Assembly (NCBI GenBank): GCA_964464165.1
Contig: CAYXFA010000006.1
Coordinates: 16,092 to 80,091, forward strand
DNA from: an uncultured Phycisphaeraceae bacterium
GTDB lineage: Bacteria; Planctomycetota; Phycisphaerae; Phycisphaerales; UBA1924
Reading direction: 5' to 3'
DNA: 64,000 bases
Shown: one piece after another, positions 61,649-64,000 of the stretch
Layout of the letters: every line of letters starts with the position of its first letter
How positions within the stretch are numbered: the first letter of the stretch is position 1
Program-made: the position numbers and the translations under genes
The notes under the pieces: generated by a model
Database searches by the model: none
Seen by the model: only the letters and a program-made list of their open reading frames with translations
What the model was told of the DNA's origin: nothing

Positions 61649-64000
61649 AGCGCGCCCTCCAGCATCCACCGCCACAGCTCCGCCTCGGCGCGGTGCGTGG
61701 CGAGCAGGCGATCGATGACCGTCTCGGCCGACGACCACGCCTCGCCCAACCGCTCAAGCGTGGCCTCCGGACCGGACCGGGGTCTGGCCATGCGAGCCGC
61801 GGCGTCCGCGGCGACGCACTCCACGATCGCGCGGTGGTACGCGGTGACCGCGTGCGTGCCGCTCGCGCCCACCGTCCTCCCAGCGAGGCGGGCCCGGATG
61901 GACGCTTCCGACAGCGGGTCCGCCGCGGGCAACGGGTTCGCGCTGAGGCGTGAACCCGCTTCGATCGCCAGCGACCGCAGGTGGGGCGTGGCCGGCCCGA
62001 CCCCCGCGCGCCCCGCGGCCAGTTCCGCCAGACGCAGGTTCGCCAGGCCCTCAACGCCGGGCCTGTCGGACGCCAGCAACTCCGCGATCCGCGGCAGCAA
62101 CGCCGCCCGCACCGCCATCAGCCATTCGCCGTCCCGGCGGCTCGGCAGCGCCACGCCGGTGATCGCGCTGACCATCTCCCCCACCACCGCCGAGGGCCGG
62201 CGCATCGCGGCGCGGTCGAGCGCCAGCAGCACCTGCGCGTCCGCCCCCGAGGTGGCCACCACGGCGCGGGCCGCCTGACGCACCTCGGTGTTCGTCGCGG
62301 ACTGCGCCGCCTGGACCAACGCCTCCGCCGCGAGGGGCGAGAACCCGCCCCGGGTCGAGAAACTGCCGCGGAGCATCTCAAGGGCCTCGGCGTCCCCCGC
62401 CCCGATCAGCCGCGCCCCCCAAGCGTCGTCGAAAGCCTCGGTCAACGGCCTCGACCGGGCGGGTGTGAACTCCGGCTCGGGCGCGTTCAGCAACGCCCTC
62501 GCCCGCGCCTCGTCCCCGGCGTCGAACGCGGCGCACGCGGCGTTGACGGCCGCCAGACGCACCAGCGCCAGCATCGCCGCGTGCTCGTCGAGCCCCGCTT
62601 GCGACGCGGTGGCGTCGGCGAGGGCGGCGAGCAGGTCGGAGCGCAGGCCCCCTTCGGGGGCCGCCCACGCGAGACGGTAGCGGTCCGCGAGCGCGGCGCG
62701 TGCCGCGGGGTTCGCGTTGGGCGCGAGCACCATCGACGCGTCCACGCCCGGTGCCGAAACGCCCGTGGCCACGGCCTCGGTCAGCCCCGCGAGGCGGTCG
62801 GTCCGCACCGCGGCGTCCGCGATCTCGGCGAGCAGCCAGCCCCGGGCCGGCTCGCCGGGACGCCAGGACAGGCCCGACGCGAGTTCCAGGGCGATGGCCC
62901 GCCACTCCGGCGTCGGGCCCTCCGCTCGGAGCAGCATCCCGAGCGCCCGCATGCGGGCGCGGGCGCGCGCCGTCGTCGAGGCGCCCTCGCAGGCGCGCAG
63001 CGCCCCCGACCACGCCTTCCACGCGTCGAGCCCCCAGCCGACGCCGGCGTCCGCCTGCGCATCGAGCGACGCCACGGCCAGATCATCGAAACCCGTCTCC
63101 GAACCCCGCAGGCGTTCGCGCATCGCTTCCGCGCCCGCGCGGGCGGCGGGGCCCGCCGCGACGGCCTCCCCGAGCGTTTGTTCGAGCTTCGCACCGCCCC
63201 CCGGGGCCGACCACACCACCGCGCTCAGCGCCGCGATGCGCTCGCGCGCGTCCGGGGGCATCTCCTGCCACCGTTCGAGGAAGGTGGCCACCGCCCGTGC
63301 GCCGCGGGCGACGCCGTCCCGGGGATCGGCGTCGATCCGGGCCACCGCGTTGCGGAGTTCCTGCTCCAACGCCGCGTGGTGCTCGATCCGCTCGCGCGTC
63401 GGCGGCGTGGCGGGGGGCTGCGCCGCCGGAGCCGGCGGTGGCGGCGTCGCGCTCGTGCGCACCGCGGGCGGGGCGGTCAGGCGGGCGACCGTCAGGGCGG
63501 CGATCAACGCCAGCAGCCCGAGCAACCCGGCGTGCACCCCGAGCCACAAGGCCCCGGTCGAACGCGGCCCCTCGATCTCGACGGGCTCGAACCCGCCCTT
63601 CTCGGGCGCACGCGTGCCCGCGCCCGTCGGCCGGATCGCCCGGATCAGGTCGCGCGCGTTGACGCGGTGCAACCGCGCGACGTGCGCCAGCCGCCGCTTG
63701 GCCCGCGGGTTCCAACCACCGGACGCGCCGATGACCATCCGCGCGTGCCGGACCAGCTGCTGCGACACCGGCGACAAACGCGACCGCCACGCGGCTGGCG
63801 CCGGCTCCGGCTCACCGGGGGGCCAGTGGCGGACGAGCTCGGCGTGCAGCGACGGGTCGGAAAGCTGGGCCGCGGCCGCGTGGACGGCCAAACGCATCTC
63901 TTCCGCCTCGGGCGTCAGACGCAGCGGATGCCGGTCGATCTGGGCCAAGCGCCGGGCGGCGGCCGCCCGGATCGAGGCCGCGTCCCGCGTATCGTGCCCG
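61645..64000 (-). CDS. hypothetical large single-pass membrane protein with Ala-rich helical ectodomain (5' end probably beyond right edge)
   Basis: The frame stays open to position 64000 (…GHDTRDAASIRAAAARRLAQIDRHPLRL…). The track start at 63948 is a TTG. TM helix ALWLGVHAGLLGLLALIAALTVARL, then a Pro-rich linker (ATPPPPAPAAQPPATPP) and an all-helical Ala/Arg/Leu-rich region making up most of the rest of the protein. Confidence 0.5.
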   Translation of the reverse strand, partial: GHDTRDAASIRAAAARRLAQIDRHPLRLTPEAEEMRLAVHAAAAQLSDPSLHAELVRHWPPGEPEPAPAAWRSRLSPVSQQLVRHARMVIGASGGWNPRAKRRLAHVARLHRVNARDLIRAIRPTGAGTRAPEKGGFEPVEIEGPRSTGALWLGVHAGLLGLLALIAALTVARLTAPPAVRTSATPPPPAPAAQPPATPPTRERIEHHAALEQELRNAVARIDADPRDGVARGARAVATFLERWQEMPPDARERIAALSAVVWSAPGGGAKLEQTLGEAVAAGPAARAGAEAMRERLRGSETGFDDLAVASLDAQADAGVGWGLDAWKAWSGALRACEGASTTARARARMRALGMLLRAEGPTPEWRAIALELASGLSWRPGEPARGWLLAEIADAAVRTDRLAGLTEAVATGVSAPGVDASMVLAPNANPAARAALADRYRLAWAAPEGGLRSDLLAALADATASQAGLDEHAAMLALVRLAAVNAACAAFDAGDEARARALLNAPEPEFTPARSRPLTEAFDDAWGARLIGAGDAEALEMLRGSFSTRGGFSPLAAEALVQAAQSATNTEVRQAARAVVATSGADAQVLLALDRAAMRRPSAVVGEMVSAITGVALPSRRDGEWLMAVRAALLPRIAELLASDRPGVEGLANLRLAELAAGRAGVGPATPHLRSLAIEAGSRLSANPLPAADPLSEASIRARLAGRTVGASGTHAVTAYHRAIVECVAADAAARMARPRSGPEATLERLGEAWSSAETVIDRLLATHRAEAELWRWMLEGAL

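Overview
High-GC bacterial chromosomal segment. Hand counts of single 60-nt lines give 68% GC at 20101-20160. Gene content suggests Planctomycetota, probably Phycisphaerae (inference only): a DUF1559/H-X9-DG-like pseudopilin domain, a PEP-CTERM-like protein, dockerin-like C-terminal repeats ending in GCP, a Bat/MoxR operon and a fused system II CcsBA. I support about 60 protein genes, 3 tRNAs and 2 intrinsic terminators. I saw no rRNA, CRISPR array, transposase or integrase. Main blocks, left to right: (1) tricorn-like S41 protease, three tiny envelope proteins, and an OmpR/histidine-kinase pair. (2) tRNA-Arg, then a tightly packed EEP lipoprotein-ctaB-ABC ATPase-ABC-2 permease-SCO1 chain. (3) trigger factor. 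(4) A lower-GC surface-glycan island ending at tRNA-Leu (Wzx flippase, GT61-like, GT4, Kdo/WaaP-like kinase, P-loop kinase). (5) An 8-gene MoxR-DUF58-BatA..E operon with 4-nt stop/start overlaps. (6) AbgT transporter and tRNA-Gly. (7) A nitrite-ammonification locus: lipoprotein-ccsBA-nrfH-nrfA. (8) PEP-CTERM-like propeller, PQQ sugar dehydrogenase, dockerin-like secreted protein, ABC-F, and Na/Pi transporter. (9) A Xanthomonas-type arginine cluster, argR-argF'-argG-argE-argAB-argC-argH. (10) MscS, BtpA, POT, M50 protease and rpmI-rplT. (11) Two divergent ECF sigma modules. (12) A tRNA-binding protein and two Ala-rich orphan envelope proteins that run off the right edge. The most unusual item is the partner of the first ECF sigma, which looks like an anti-sigma factor whose ectodomain is a planctomycetal pseudopilin (DUF1559-like) domain. 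All family assignments come from motif recognition by eye; no HMM or BLAST search was run. Most long ORFs lying antisense to the called genes are high-GC artefacts.
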